Assembly (NCBI RefSeq): GCF_036321535.1
Contig: NC_087438.1
Location: 6,698,001 to 6,762,000, forward strand
Source: Camelus dromedarius
Taxonomy: Eukaryota
Direction of reading: 5' to 3'
Length of the DNA stretch: 64,000 nucleotides
Shown: positions 26,650 to 38,665 of the stretch, one piece after another
Layout of the letters: each line of letters begins with the position of its first letter
Position numbering within the stretch: position 1 is the stretch's first letter
Notes under the pieces: generated by a model
Seen by the model: only the letters and a program-made list of their open reading frames with translations
Database searches by the model: none
Told to the model about the DNA's origin: nothing
Position numbers and translations under genes: made by a program

Positions 26650-27440
26650 TCTTTATACATGCAAGCAATGGTGTACTTTTATATTTATGAATGGAACTCT
26701 GCTGTACACACTGGCGAGCACAGACCCACCCATTCTCATCAGAAGCCATGATATCCATGGTACTGTATCTTACACCATAATTTCCTTAACAAACCCCCCC
26801 ACATTTGAGAGATTTACATTTGAGAGATTTTCCTATTTTAACTATTATATACAATGTAGCAGTGAGAACTCTGACACAGATATCTTTACCAATTCACAAT
26901 GTGGTTTTTGTGCAGACTCCTAGCAGTAAGAATGCTGGATTATAATATGTGCATATTAAAATTTTTAACATACGAAATATATTTTAAAAGGTATACGAAT
27001 CCATACTTGCAGTACAGATGCACGAAGCAGCCAGTTTCCCCACACTTAGACTAACACTTGATGTGAGTAGTCTTTTTAAATGTTCCCATTTTGAACGGCA
27101 AAACTGCACCTCTTTAATTTACACTTTAAAATGTATTAATGAGATTACCCATATTTTTTATATATTTATTGGTCACGTGTTTTTCATCTGTGTTTTGTCT
27201 ATTTATACCTTTTGTCTATTTTTTTTTATTAATAGAGAGCACATTGTAAATGTATTGTAAATATATATAACATGTATATTATGTAAATATAACATACATT
27301 GTGTATGTATTATAAATATATAATATATATAAAACATGTATGTTATATAGCATGCAATTTACATACATTATATTGCACATAATTTCTCGAAGCTTCTCTC
27401 GTATCTTTTAATTTCATTTATGATATCTTCTACTACCCCT
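26650..27440 (-). mobile_element. Old L1ME-type fragment with an AT-rich low-complexity patch
   Basis: tttcctattt...aatgtagcagtgagaac...agaatgctggattata...cagtttccccacact. Confidence 0.6.
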
Positions 27441-27587
27441 GTTACACAAAAATCCTACTCCAGGCTTGCTGAGATGGTTCAACCTTAAGGAATCTGGCAA
27501 TATATTAATTATATTAATAAAAAATTTGTTGAGTAAGGAATTATATTGCCATATCCTGAAAAAATCTAATCAAGAAGAAACTTTTGT

Positions 27588-27741
27588 CAAGGAGGTGAAA
27601 GATTTATACATGGAGAACTACAAAACATTGAGGAAGGAAATTAAAGAAGACTTAAAGAAGGGGAAAGATATCCCATGCTCTGGGATTGGAAGAATCAATA
27701 TTGTTAAAATGGCCATGCTGCCCAAGGCAGTCTACAAATTT
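27588..27741 (+). mobile_element. Young internal L1 ORF2 fragment without poly(A), flanked by a 16-bp TSD
   Basis: Encodes [51 protein letters not shown] (L1 ORF2). TSD AAGAAGAAACTTTTGT (27572-27587) / AAGAAGAAAATTTTGT (27742-27757). Confidence 0.9.
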
Positions 27742-27849
27742 AAGAAGAAAATTTTGTGACTAAAGACTTTAAGTAAAATAAAAGTTCTCCAGATAAAATT
27801 AAAATTAGATACTTCAGATAAAATAAAAACGTCTTAAAATGATTTTTTT

Positions 27850-28880
27850 AATGATACCAGAAATTATCATAAAGCATTATATTAAATTGTACAAAGGATT
27901 GCATTCCTACTAAATGCATTCCTACTGCACTTAGAAACAGGACAAAGGGTGGGGAATCCCCAACTAAACTTCAGTCCTGTTTAGGAGAATCTAGTTAGTG
28001 CAAGAAGATATTGTTAAGTAAATGGTGCAAATATTGGAAAAGACGTGGAAGCAGCATCACATTTTGCAGATAATGTGATTTTACAGCTAGAAAATTCAGG
28101 AGGTTTAACTGAAAGGAAACCTCTTAGAACAAATTTTTAAAAACACAACCACATGAAGATGTCACCATGTAAGACAAATATTTGAAAACCTCAACAGTTG
28201 TTCTCTACACTAGAAATAACCATTTAGAAATTAAAATGGTAGAAGTTTCCATTCATGACAACTACTAAAACTACATAATTACTAAAAATAAATGTATCAA
28301 AGAAGTCGTAAGATTTGGAACATATATTTCAATATTAATATTCTATAGAAGACATAAAAACAGGCTTTAGTCGGTGAAGACATGTCATACCCCTGGCTGG
28401 GAAGACGGAACATCATAAATGAGTCACCAATCAGTGTGTAAACTTAATGCGACTCCAATCAGAACCCTAATGGTTGTTTATGTGTTCTGATTTTGCTTTA
28501 GAAATTAGACAAATTGATTGTAAATTTCATACGGAACAGTAAGCTTGATTATTTCTGAGACTGTTTTGGAAAAGGCCGTTATAAGGGGCGTTTATTCCCA
28601 GATATTTAAATGTATGTTAAAGCTACTCTAATCAAAACAATATGATCCAGGAATCCTGGCACAGGAATAGACAAATTGATGAGCAAAACAGAACATAGAG
28701 TCCAGAAACCAAACCAAAAATACTTGGGTTTTTAATATATGACAAATAGCTGACAATTTAGAAAAGAAAAAAATATGTATTTACACAAAATCTGAAAATG
28801 ATTTCTAGATGAATTAAAGATCTAAATGAAAGATACAATCCATTTAATAATATATTAAAATATAGGAGTTATGCTTTTGT
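27850..28880 (+). mobile_element. Old degenerate L1M ORF2 fragment
   Basis: ttttgcagataatgtgatttt...aatgcgactccaatcagaaccc...ggcacaggaatagacaaattgat...agagtccagaaacc. Confidence 0.75.
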
Positions 28881-28934
28881 TTTACAGTCACTAAGAGAGG
28901 AAGGTGCTTCTAATAATCTATTTTGATTATATAT

Positions 28935-29060
28935 TAATATCATCCCTTTACAGGTTTGGATATGAAGCCTACAGATGAGCAAAAGCAACTCATCCAAGGT
29001 CATTCAGTTCCGTGGAGACAGGGAATAAATGATTCTGAGCGCTCACCTCTGGTGACTTTG
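28935..29060 (-). mobile_element. MIR fragment
   Basis: catcccttta caggtt...catccaaggtcattcag. Confidence 0.45.
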
Positions 29061-29069
29061 AAGCTCTGT

Positions 29070-31475
29070 GCGATCAGGAAGAGGAGGCAAAATCAGCATT
29101 GCCAACTGCCTGACTGAGAGTTGAAGGAGCATCCAAAACGCACATAGAGACCTCTGACAAAAACTAGGGGACGTTGATGTCCAGGCATTTGAGGAAATCT
29201 CTGCCCAACCATTAGCTGACTACTAAGCTAACTGAGTAGAGACCGCAGCGTCACAAATGAAAAACATACAGACTTTGTAGAATTAGCTCAGAAAAGTCAC
29301 CAAAGAAACAACAAGGACAAGAAAAATCCAGAGCGGAGCAGGGGTGGGAGGCGGAGGGAAATCTGATTTTCAGAGTTGCCACATTGTATTATTTTAAATG
29401 TCTTATTTTCCACAAAAAAAATATGGAATATGCAAAGAAACAAGAAAGCATGGTCCATATAGAGCAGGTGGGTGGAGAAAGGTTGAAATCAATAGAAATT
29501 GTCTCTGAGGAAGATCAGGCATTGGACTTACTAGAAGAAGACTTTAAATAAGCCACTTAAACAGGTTCAGAGGTAAAGAAGACTGTGTCTAAAGAACTAA
29601 AGGAAATATGATGTCTCACCAGAGAGTATCCATAAAGAATGCAAATAATGTAAAAAATCAAACAGAAATTTTGCAGCTGAAAAGTACAATAATTAATATA
29701 AAAAATGCACTTCAATTTCAAAAACAGACTTGAGCAGGCAGAAGACATACTAAGTGAACTTAAAGGCAGTCAATTGAGATTATCTATTTTGAGAAACAGA
29801 AAGAAAAAAAGAAAAATAAACACTCTCAGAGACCTGTGGAACACAACAAAAATTCTCAACATATGAATGATGGGAATCTCAGGAGTGGAGAGAGAGGAAG
29901 GAACAAAAAAGGATATTTGAGGACTGTGGGAGCCCATGACTGGGTTAACAAATTGTAACAGATCCCAGCCACTTAACTCCTTAAAGAAGACGTGCTTAGT
30001 AACTGCCTTGAGGTTTTAGCAATGACCCAGGCCCCCAGCTATAAACGCTGGGTGTGCCTGGTGTTAGTCTTCTATCCCCAAAACAGCCTTGGGCTGGAAT
30101 GGTAAACAACTTATAGAAAGCTGCAGGCTCAGAGGTGAGAAGGCTGGTTAGCCAATGATGGGTAAGCCCCCCTGAGGGGGCAACCTGAGACAGGCACAGC
30201 CGCCTGAGTCCAAGCTGTTAAGCAGCTGATTCTCTTACGTTCCACCCTGATAAGCTAAAAGGCTCAACACGATTATGATTCACCAAAAAGGGTCTTCTGA
30301 CCTTGAGCCAAACACCAACAATAAACAAAGCCTTTGTACTCATTGTGATCCCACCCTGTCCTTCCCTAAATTCCTGCTTCAACTGTACTCAATAAATATG
30401 AGAGATTTGAGAGGCTCGTGGAGTTGGCTCCTGACTCCCTCTTGTTCTCTTGACTTTTCCCCAGAGTCATGAGTAATTCATTCTGTCTCGGTGGGACTTC
30501 TGCTGGCCAGAACCCACAACTGGTGACGAACCCACAGAGGACTACCCAATTTTCATGAAAAAAATCAATCTACTCATCCAAGTAGCTCAATGAATTCAAA
30601 GTAGGATAAATTTAAGAGATCCACACACACATCGTCATCATCAAACTGTCAAAAGCCAAAGACCAAGAGAATCTTGAAAGCAGCAAGAGAAAAGTGACTG
30701 ATTTTGTACAAGTGATTGATTCTCTTTTAGATTGACGGCTGATTTCTCATCAGAAACCATGGAAACCAGGAGTCAGTTGTATGACACATTCAAAGCACTG
30801 AGGGGAAAAACTGTCAAGCGTGAATTCTATATCTGGCAAAACTACCCTTCAGAAATAAAGAAGAAATTAAAATAGTCTCATATTTTTAAAAACTGAGATA
30901 ATTCGTCTCTAACAGACCTACCCTACAATAAATACTAACGGGAGCCCTTCAGGTTGTAATGAAAAGACACAAGACAGCAACTTGAATCCACACAAAGAAG
31001 TCAATAGCACCAAATAGAGGTTAGAACACAGATAAATATAAAAGACAGTATAAATGACTGTTTTCTTTGTAACTTTTTTCTCCAACTTAATGTAAAGCAC
31101 AACAGAATAAAGAAATAATACAAAACTGTGTTGATGAGCATACAGTGTACAAAGACCTAATTTGTGACAAGACCACCGCACAGGAGAGGGAAGGAATGGA
31201 GCTGTGTGAGAATAAAGTCTTTGCATAATACACAAATTAAATTAGTATAATCTGAACTAAATTGTTATACAAGAGGACATTAATTATCATCCCCAGGGCA
31301 ATGATAATGAAAACAACATGAAAATATTTAGTACAATAAATGAAAAGAGAATTTTAATGGTACACTAGAATAAATGTATTTAACATAAAAAGACAGCAGT
31401 AACAGAGAAATAGAGGAACAACAAAAAAACATATAAAACATACAGGAAACAAACAGTAAAACATTAGATGTAAAA
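29070..31475 (+). mobile_element. Old L1M 5' region/ORF1 fragment, interrupted by an ERV LTR
   Basis: ORF1-like ctcagagacctgtgg...gggaatctcaggag, then gagaatcttgaaagcagcaagagaaaag...gctgatttctcatcagaaaccatgg...aattctatatctggcaaaactacccttca. Confidence 0.8.
29925..30536 (+). mobile_element. Class II (ERVK-like) LTR with a perfect 6-bp TSD
   Basis: Inverted termini TGTGGG...CCCACA, TSD GAGGAC at 29919-29924 and 30537-30542, internal CCAAT and AATAAA. A 6-bp TSD is typical of betaretrovirus-like ERVs. Confidence 0.88.
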
Positions 31476-32224
31476 GCAAGGTGCACATTCTTGTTCATGG
31501 TACCAGGTATGCGCGGGGATGGGTGGCCAATGCCAGGACTCAACAGGAATGAGGAAGGATGGGCCGAGGACACATGGAGAAGGACACCCGGAAGCACATG
31601 CAGCAGATGGTCCCACTTGCCCCCATGCCGGCTTTTGAGCTGCTCCTGTCTGCCCCCAGGCTGTCTCCTGCTCAGCAGTGGGCTTGCCAAGAAGAGAAGG
31701 AAGCTGACACTAGTCATGCTCTCCTCCAGGGATGCAGGGCGGGTACAGCAGCTCCAGGAGCTGCCCAGGTCCATGCAGCCCTGCCCTGGGCGAGGGTCAC
31801 CCGGGGTCACCCTGCTGGAGAGGGCTGTCAGGAAGGCCAGAGGACCACTAGCACCACATTCCATCCTGTGGTCCCGGCATCAGCCTGCCCCTGTGGATCC
31901 TGGAGCATCCTGACCTGACCCTTGACCTCAAGGAGAAGAATCTGAAGATGCTGCTCTGTCCTCTGCGGGGAGTGGACCCGCCCTGCCATAGTGGGAAGGT
32001 CAGGGAGGGAGGTGGGAAGGTAAACCTGCCACTGAGTCTGCGGCTGTGCGAGGCTGTGTCCAGAGAGCCTAGGGGATGAAGGCTACGGGAGTCTGGGGAC
32101 TTGGCCTGATTCCGCATCTGCCCTCACCCCCCAGGAAAGACCCACGGCCCCTGAGGCCTTCTCTTGACTCTGCACCCCTGCCTAGTCCTGCTGGGAGGGC
32201 CCACCGAGCAAGAAGCTGCACGGG

Positions 32225-32620
32225 AAGTCACGCTGTGACCTGACCAGTTATGAGAGGTGGCGCCGAAAGAAGCTATTCCAGGCTATCAATAATAAAAAAC
32301 AAATTCTGTCAACCTTGCTGGAGGAAAGATGGAATTAGCTTTCTGTTCTCTCTGCAAGGAATAATATTGCTAAATTATTGTCATAGGAGGAGGCAATAAA
32401 GAGAGCACAGAGGACAGCTCCGAGGAGGGGCTGTTGCAGACACGTGGCAGAAAGTCAGTTACTGCCACTGCTACCAGTAACAATTTCCTGTTAGTTTTTC
32501 TGGATTTTACGATGTTTGTGATATTTGTCAGCTTTTCAAGATGTAGATTTGTGTGATTTTTCTCTCAGGTCATTCTCTAATTCTGTATAAGCTTCAAACC
32601 TCCCCCCGCCACACACAGGC
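32225..32620 (+). mobile_element. hAT-Tip100 (Arthur1/Zaphod-like) transposon 3' fragment
   Basis: gaaagaagctattccaggctatcaataataaaaaacaaatt...gctggaggaaaga translates to ERSYSRLSIIKNK..., the hAT dimerisation-domain motif. Confidence 0.75.
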
Positions 32621-32989
32621 CACGCCTGTCCCCACAAGCCTTGTGCAGATCGCCACGGGGGCCTCAGGGCAAGCAGGGCCCCCACCCCAGCGGCATCTTC
32701 CGTTGATCGTTACGGAGTTGGTCAGGGAAGTCTCTCACAATTTGGAAAACTTTTCCTTTATCTGTTTTGCCTCCTTTGTCATCACTAATGTGGTTTATTT
32801 TTGTCTTCCTCTTTTTGATTTAATCTGCTTTGTCCATAGTTTATTTCTATTTTCTAAAAATGGCTCTTGCTTTTGTGATTTTTGCTTCTTTGTCTTCTAG
32901 TTCATTAATTTCTACTATTGTTCCCTCTCTTTCTTCCCAGCAATGAATACGAACCAGATGTTTTTTTTTTTAGAAACTGTGGTACAAAA

Positions 32990-33530
32990 AGATACGTCTT
33001 TTGTGGATCCATCTCCCTGTCATGGAGCTTTCGTTGTAGGCGGGAGTGGCGATAAACAAATGAACAAATAAAGGTGTACTTTATCATCAGGTGGTGACTG
33101 AGGTGCTGTGAGGAAAAATAAAGGTAAGTCAGGGGAAGCGGAAGGAGGGGGAAGGTTCTGTTTAGATGGGATGATCAGGAAAGGCTTCTTCACAAGGGTG
33201 ACACTCAAGCAGAGACCTGAATAAGGAGGGAGGGAGGCAGACTGTGCATTTTTCTGGGCCAAGGGAAGCAAGTGCAAAGGCCCTGGGGTGGAAACGGACT
33301 TTATGTGCTAACCAGAATAGCACAGAGGCCATCATGTTCCACTCAAACCAAGTAAGGAGAAGAGAGAGGGAAAAATTCAGAGAGGTGCCAGGGCTCAGAT
33401 TTCTTGGAATCTTATAAACACTGCGGAGAGCATGGTTTTAATTCTGAATCTGAAGGCAAGACAATGGAGCATTTTGAGCAGGAGAGCAATAAACCAGATT
33501 TACATATTTTAAAGCAGCCGCTGGTGCCGA
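32990..33530 (-). mobile_element. L2a fragment
   Basis: gatgatcaggaaaggcttc...agcagagacctgaa...caagtgcaaaggccctgggg...attttgagcagg. Confidence 0.8.
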
Positions 33531-33829
33531 TAGGCCTCCTTTGCTTTCAATTCTGCTCCTGGGAACTTGTTCCTGGTGTGATACCAAAAGCCTGGAGTAG
33601 CTGGAGCCTGCCGGGAACAGCTGGGCAGGAGTAAACACAGGCTGTGGGCCCTGATGAAAATGAGGGAAAAACGAGTTTCACGAGAGGCTGGAGGATTTAG
33701 CCCAAGGCCCAGCTTGGAGTGTCAGGCAGAAAGTGAGACGTCAGAAAGAGCCACCCACACAGGGACAAGTTCCGGGAATCAGAACAGGCAGCGGAACGTC
33801 TGGTCCAGAGTCAGAGGGTCTCTTTTCAT

Positions 33830-34820
33830 TTCTATTATTTTGTTTTTATTATTAATTTGTTGCACAAATAATACAAGTTGCTTGTCAATATATTAGCAAC
33901 TACAGATAGGAGAAGAAGAAATGAAATCAGTCTAATTTACAAATCTAGAGATATCTACTGAATAATATTTTGATATATATAATTCCAATTTTTCTATAGA
34001 TTTATTTATGAGTATATGTAAGTATACTTACATAGTTTTACATAAATAAAATCACATAGATTACCTTACATCTATTTTTCCATTTTATAAATATCCTCAT
34101 GTCCGTAAGTGTAGGTTAATGTAAATAATTTTAATAGCTACAGGATTATTCCTTGGTATGGATTTACCTGGGGTTTATTTAAACTCTCTCCTGGTCGTGG
34201 AGGGGTTTTTCACATTTTTGCCTTCGTGGAAAACCACAGCACAAAGCTTTCTAAATTTTTGGATGGAGCTCTTATTGTTTCCTGATACTAAGAGCTTAGC
34301 TGTGGACTTGCCGGGACAAAGCATTCAGACTTTCACGTCTCAAGTACACCGGTCAATGGTTGTCCAAAACGCTGTGCTGATACCAAACCCACCCGCACGC
34401 CTTGCCCGCCACCCCGCAGGAAACTCCAGCTCCGGCCACCGCATCCTTCACCACCGTCGACCTGCCAGCTGAACAATTCTACCCACTTGTTGTTCCAGTT
34501 TGCACTTTGGTAACAAACTTCTCATGCACTTTCTGGCCTTTGTTGAATCACCTACTTCCTATCTTTTGATGACTGTTGAGCACACTTGTCCTTTTCTTGT
34601 TGCTTTTGAGAGTCCTTACTATGTAAATAATTCTGTTACATACATAGGCTGTGATGGTTTCCCCGTATTCTGATGCTTATCTTTGAGACTTTTTTCTATA
34701 GACATATTTGAAATGTTTATGTCATCAGACCTGCTAATTTTTTTATTTTAAGATTCTGCTCAGAAAGACCTGTCCTGCCCCAAATTCTGTCAATACGCAG
34801 TTTATCTGTAAGTCTTGGTA
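33830..34820 (-). mobile_element. Old L1ME-type fragment
   Basis: AT-rich antisense L1 3' features (ttttaatagctacagg...tatttaaactctctcc...acatatttgaaatgtttatgtcatcag). Confidence 0.5.
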
Positions 34821-35464
34821 AAGACGTATATTTATGTGTTACCCCAGCTCTCTGTCTTGATCCCATTTGGCATTTGGAAAGAAAAAAAAATGAAACAAAG
34901 TCACACTGTTACCCCAGGGCTCCTTGTTACACTGAACATCCCTTGTTAGACTCACCCTCCTTTCTGGGTCAGGGTCTCCAGAGAGCCATCAGCCTGTGCC
35001 TGGTTGCAGGGAGGTCTCCACACACTCCCATCCGGTATGGCACAGTCCCTAAACTGCCTTTGCTGCAAGCCCTCTTCAGGGGACAGGGCTGTCCCCAGCT
35101 CTGAGAGCGGCCACACACAGCTTCTCAGGAAGGAGGCGGAGGGAAATGACACTGCTGGCCAGATAGCCTGCCTGCTTGGCTTGACCTCTCCCTCCCCGTG
35201 TTTAAAAAGAAATGATGGATGGCGCTGCTGGAGACACCCTCAGACTCTTTGCAGAAGCTTGTCTGCACCCCCAGTGACCCAGAATGCAGACGGCAGACCC
35301 CGTGGAAGAGATGCATCTGGCCTTATCTTCCTCTGCTGCAGTCGCCCCCATCTGGACTGTGTCCCTAAAATCCACTCAGAGCATCAGATAGTCTGAGCTT
35401 CAGGAGCAGTGTTCTCCATAAGACGAACTGCAAACAAAAGGAGAGGGCTATTCACCACACAGAC

Positions 35465-35655
35465 TTTTTTTTAATTGAAGTATATTCAGTTTACAGTGTG
35501 TCAATTTCTGGTGTACAGCATAGTGTCTCACTCATACATATACATACATATATTCATTTTCATAGGTTACTATTAGATACTGTGTATAGTTCCCTGTTCT
35601 GTACAGTAGAAACTTGTTCATCTATTTTACATGTAGTAGTTAATGTTTGCAAACT
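35465..35655 (-). mobile_element. L1 3' end fragment (cetartiodactyl type)
   Basis: ttttttttaattgaagtatattcagtttacagtgtgtcaatttctggtgtacagcatag...atagttccctgttctgtacagtag. Confidence 0.85.
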
Positions 35656-36125
35656 GAAATGTGCAAATATTAACCACACACACTTCTGAAGCCACACAAA
35701 GCTTTGCTTTTCTCTTCAGATTTCTGTCCCAACGCCCTGAATTTTGTACCCATAAGTTGATTAAGCCCAGCAACGCTCCCAGAACTCAGGTACATGCCCA
35801 GTATCACTGAGATGTCCTCACTCTGGGGACACAACAGCTGTTTCTTAGAGGCAATAAACAGTGGTTTGGAATCAGAAACAGGAGAACATGTCCAGAGAAA
35901 ACTTCCTGGGAGAAAGAACAAGACAGACAGGATCTGAATCTGGTTCAAATGACACAGTTCTGAGTTTTATCTGGAAGGTGATCTCCACAGACACTCAATG
36001 CTCTATTGTTTAACTGCGTCATTAGTATGATGGTCACGGATCACTTTTAAATTATAAAAATCTTCATCTACACATTTATTAGACCATTTTCCTTCTTCAA
36101 GGAAAATAAATGAGTTCTGCTAAGA

Positions 36126-36347
36126 CAGTTGTTCCCACCCTGGGGGTGATTTTTGTCCCCTGGGGACATGTGGCAACATCTGGGGACTTTTTTTTTTGCT
36201 GTCACACAAGGGAGGGGAGGTGCGCCTGGCCTCTAATGGGCGGAGGCCAAGGGCACCGCCATGCACTCCCAGCGCCCAGGACAGCCTGTCACCCACAAAT
36301 GATTGCCCAGTACCAACTGCCGACTGTGTTGGAGCTGAGAAACCTGG
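36126..36347 (-). mobile_element. MER20 hAT MITE
   Basis: cagttgttccca...ggggacatgtggcaacatctggggac...ttgctgtcaca...gctgagaaacctg. Confidence 0.85.
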
Positions 36348-37399
36348 TCGAGAACAATGAGGAGAAGGGTCTCCTCCGTGGCCCCCTTTCAGGTTTTCAC
36401 TGTTTAATCCAAGGAGACTGTTGACCTGGAGAAACCCGGGACCCCGGGAAGTACGTGAGGAGGCGTGGCTCACTGCTAAACCGATGGGAGGTTCTGGAGA
36501 ATCAGTCTTGGTTTTGGGGTCTAGCCCAGCCCCTTACACTGGACCTTGTCATCCCCACAGTGTGACTTGGGGGTCCCCCACTGTGTGAAACCCATCCGCA
36601 GGGGTTCTGCAGAACTTCCCAGCCAGTCTGCGGGCAGGGCGTCGGGAATTCCCTGAGCACCGGTCCCGCCCTGCGTCCTCAGCCCCTGCGGCACAGGAAC
36701 CACGAGGCCCCTCGCCACCTCCTTCCTTAGCTCCTTCTCCTGCTCCAGGTGAACTCCCGCCAGCCCTGGACCCTCCATCCCGTCTGTCGCTGCCCCAGGG
36801 AGGCCCCAGCAACACTTCTGGAGTGTCTCCCATCTCCGCCTGCCCATCGCTCCTCCTCCTGTGTCTGGTCTCCTACTGAGCAAAGGCTCCCTTCAGCCAC
36901 GTGCCAGCCTCTCTCCTGGCCTCTCCGGCCACCTTCTTGTTCACGTGGTTTCCGCTCGCTGAGGCCTCCATCATCCGTAGTCGGCTGTGCCTCACCCGGT
37001 GCTGAGCGCCTGGTCCCCGGCACCCCCTCAGGACCGGCCTTGCCGTCCTGTCCCTCCTTGTGCAGATGCGTTAGGAGACCCGGCTGCAAATCATGGCTGT
37101 GCTGGTCACTCCGTTCCTCACTTGTCGTGGGATCAGTAACACCTGCCTCAGGTCTCAGTTTTTTAAAATATTGAGATCAAGCCAGTTAGTGGCCGTGGTC
37201 GCCGTCATCATCCAGGGAGCTTTCGTGTATTATGGACTCAACATTAATTTCTAAAAAGAAATAAAGAAGACAAGGTGTAATCGTTGAACACACCTGTGAC
37301 CTTCCTGCTGGGTATACTTTACTTCAGGCGAGATTCTGAAGGTCTAACACCCGGCCCCGGCTGTCCCTGTGCCCCAGCGCTGTGGGGCAGGCTCCCCGA

Positions 37400-37600
37400 G
37401 CAGGGCTGTGGGGTCAGGTCACCTGAGCTTGGATCCTCATGGCCGAGGCATCCTGGGCAAACGCCAACATCCCTGAGGGCCCCGGTCCCGAATCTGGAAA
37501 GTGAGGGTGAAAATGAGGATGCTTTCTACAACGCTGTGAGGATTTACTAAACAACCTTTGTGACCATGTGAGGACAGACCAGCCCATGTGAAGTGTGAGG
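37400..37600 (+). mobile_element. MIR fragment (degenerate)
   Basis: cctgggcaaacg...aatctggaaagtgagg...gctgtgaggatttac. Confidence 0.4.
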
Positions 37601-37959
37601 TAGGTTGCCAACCCCATGAGGGCTTCAGGGAGGACTGTTAGTAACAACCTCATGGTCTTTGATGCACATCCCACCTGAGAACCTTCCTTGCAAACTGGGA
37701 GCCACCTTGTGCCTTCAGCCTCTGACCTTGAAGCATTTAGTGACAGCGTGCAGTGACAGCCACTGCGGGCCAGGCTCTGGGCTAAGGGTGGTCGGGGAGA
37801 GTCCAGTGACTCAAACTTGTCCTCTTTGCCGGACAGAGCCGGTGCAGGACACCCCCCACGCCGTTTGAATGTCTCCAACTCCATGAAACGAGGTTTACTG
37901 AGAAAATTAAAAGCTGATTATCTTTGTGTCAGGCCATAGGAAAAGGCTTATAGAGTGAA

Positions 37960-38665
37960 GATGAAAAGGAAAAGTTATTCAATAATTATTTTAAAAGAGA
38001 GATGTGCAAATTGAAGTTTTTCCCTCTGCACCTATGAAATTAGGAAATGTAAAAAAAAGTCTTAACCAAGCAGTGCCAGTCAGGAGATAAAAAACCTAGC
38101 AGTTCTGTGCACTGCTAAGTGACAAGCCAGCGAACCCATGCAGTCTCCTTAGAAAGGAATTTGCTGATGCACTTAATGGCCACTGACCTGGGAATCCTAT
38201 TTCTAAGAACTTTTCCTAATGAAATTATGCAAAGAGTAGGAAAAACAATAATACCAATTAAATATTATTTATAATAGTAAAAATGGAGGCACACTCAATG
38301 CCCTCCCAAGAAGGAGGTAGGTAGGTAAACCGTAGTCATTCATCTTTCCAACAAATGTATATTAATTGCCCCTATTTCTGGGCACTGTGCTATAGATCAG
38401 CTCAATAGAATATTCTGTAGTCATTAAAATGATCAATGAGAAAATACTTAACATAATAAGGGAAATGAAAATTTATAAAAATATACCTTTGTCATGCTGA
38501 TAATCAGGTGAAAATTAAATATTTTTATTCACAGCATTTGAATGGGAACACGGGCTGATCCCAATGGCTGATTTATGGGGATGTGAACTGTGGATGATTT
38601 TCTTCCTCACTATTTATTAGTCGTTATTACATTATTTGCAATAAATAAAAAATCTAATTAAAAAG
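37960..38665 (+). mobile_element. Old L1ME 3' fragment
   Basis: gagatgtgcaaattgaa...ggaatcctatttctaagaa...aatagaatattctgtagtcattaaaa. Confidence 0.55.

Noticed and set aside
31328..31918. Overlapping 119-178 aa ORFs in a GC-rich patch
   Set aside because: I recognise no protein family. They are open on both strands, as expected for GC-rich DNA, and one runs into L1 sequence.
36521..37174. Several 94-141 aa ORFs
   Set aside because: GC-rich stretch with low-information peptides, non-ATG starts in places and no splice or family evidence.
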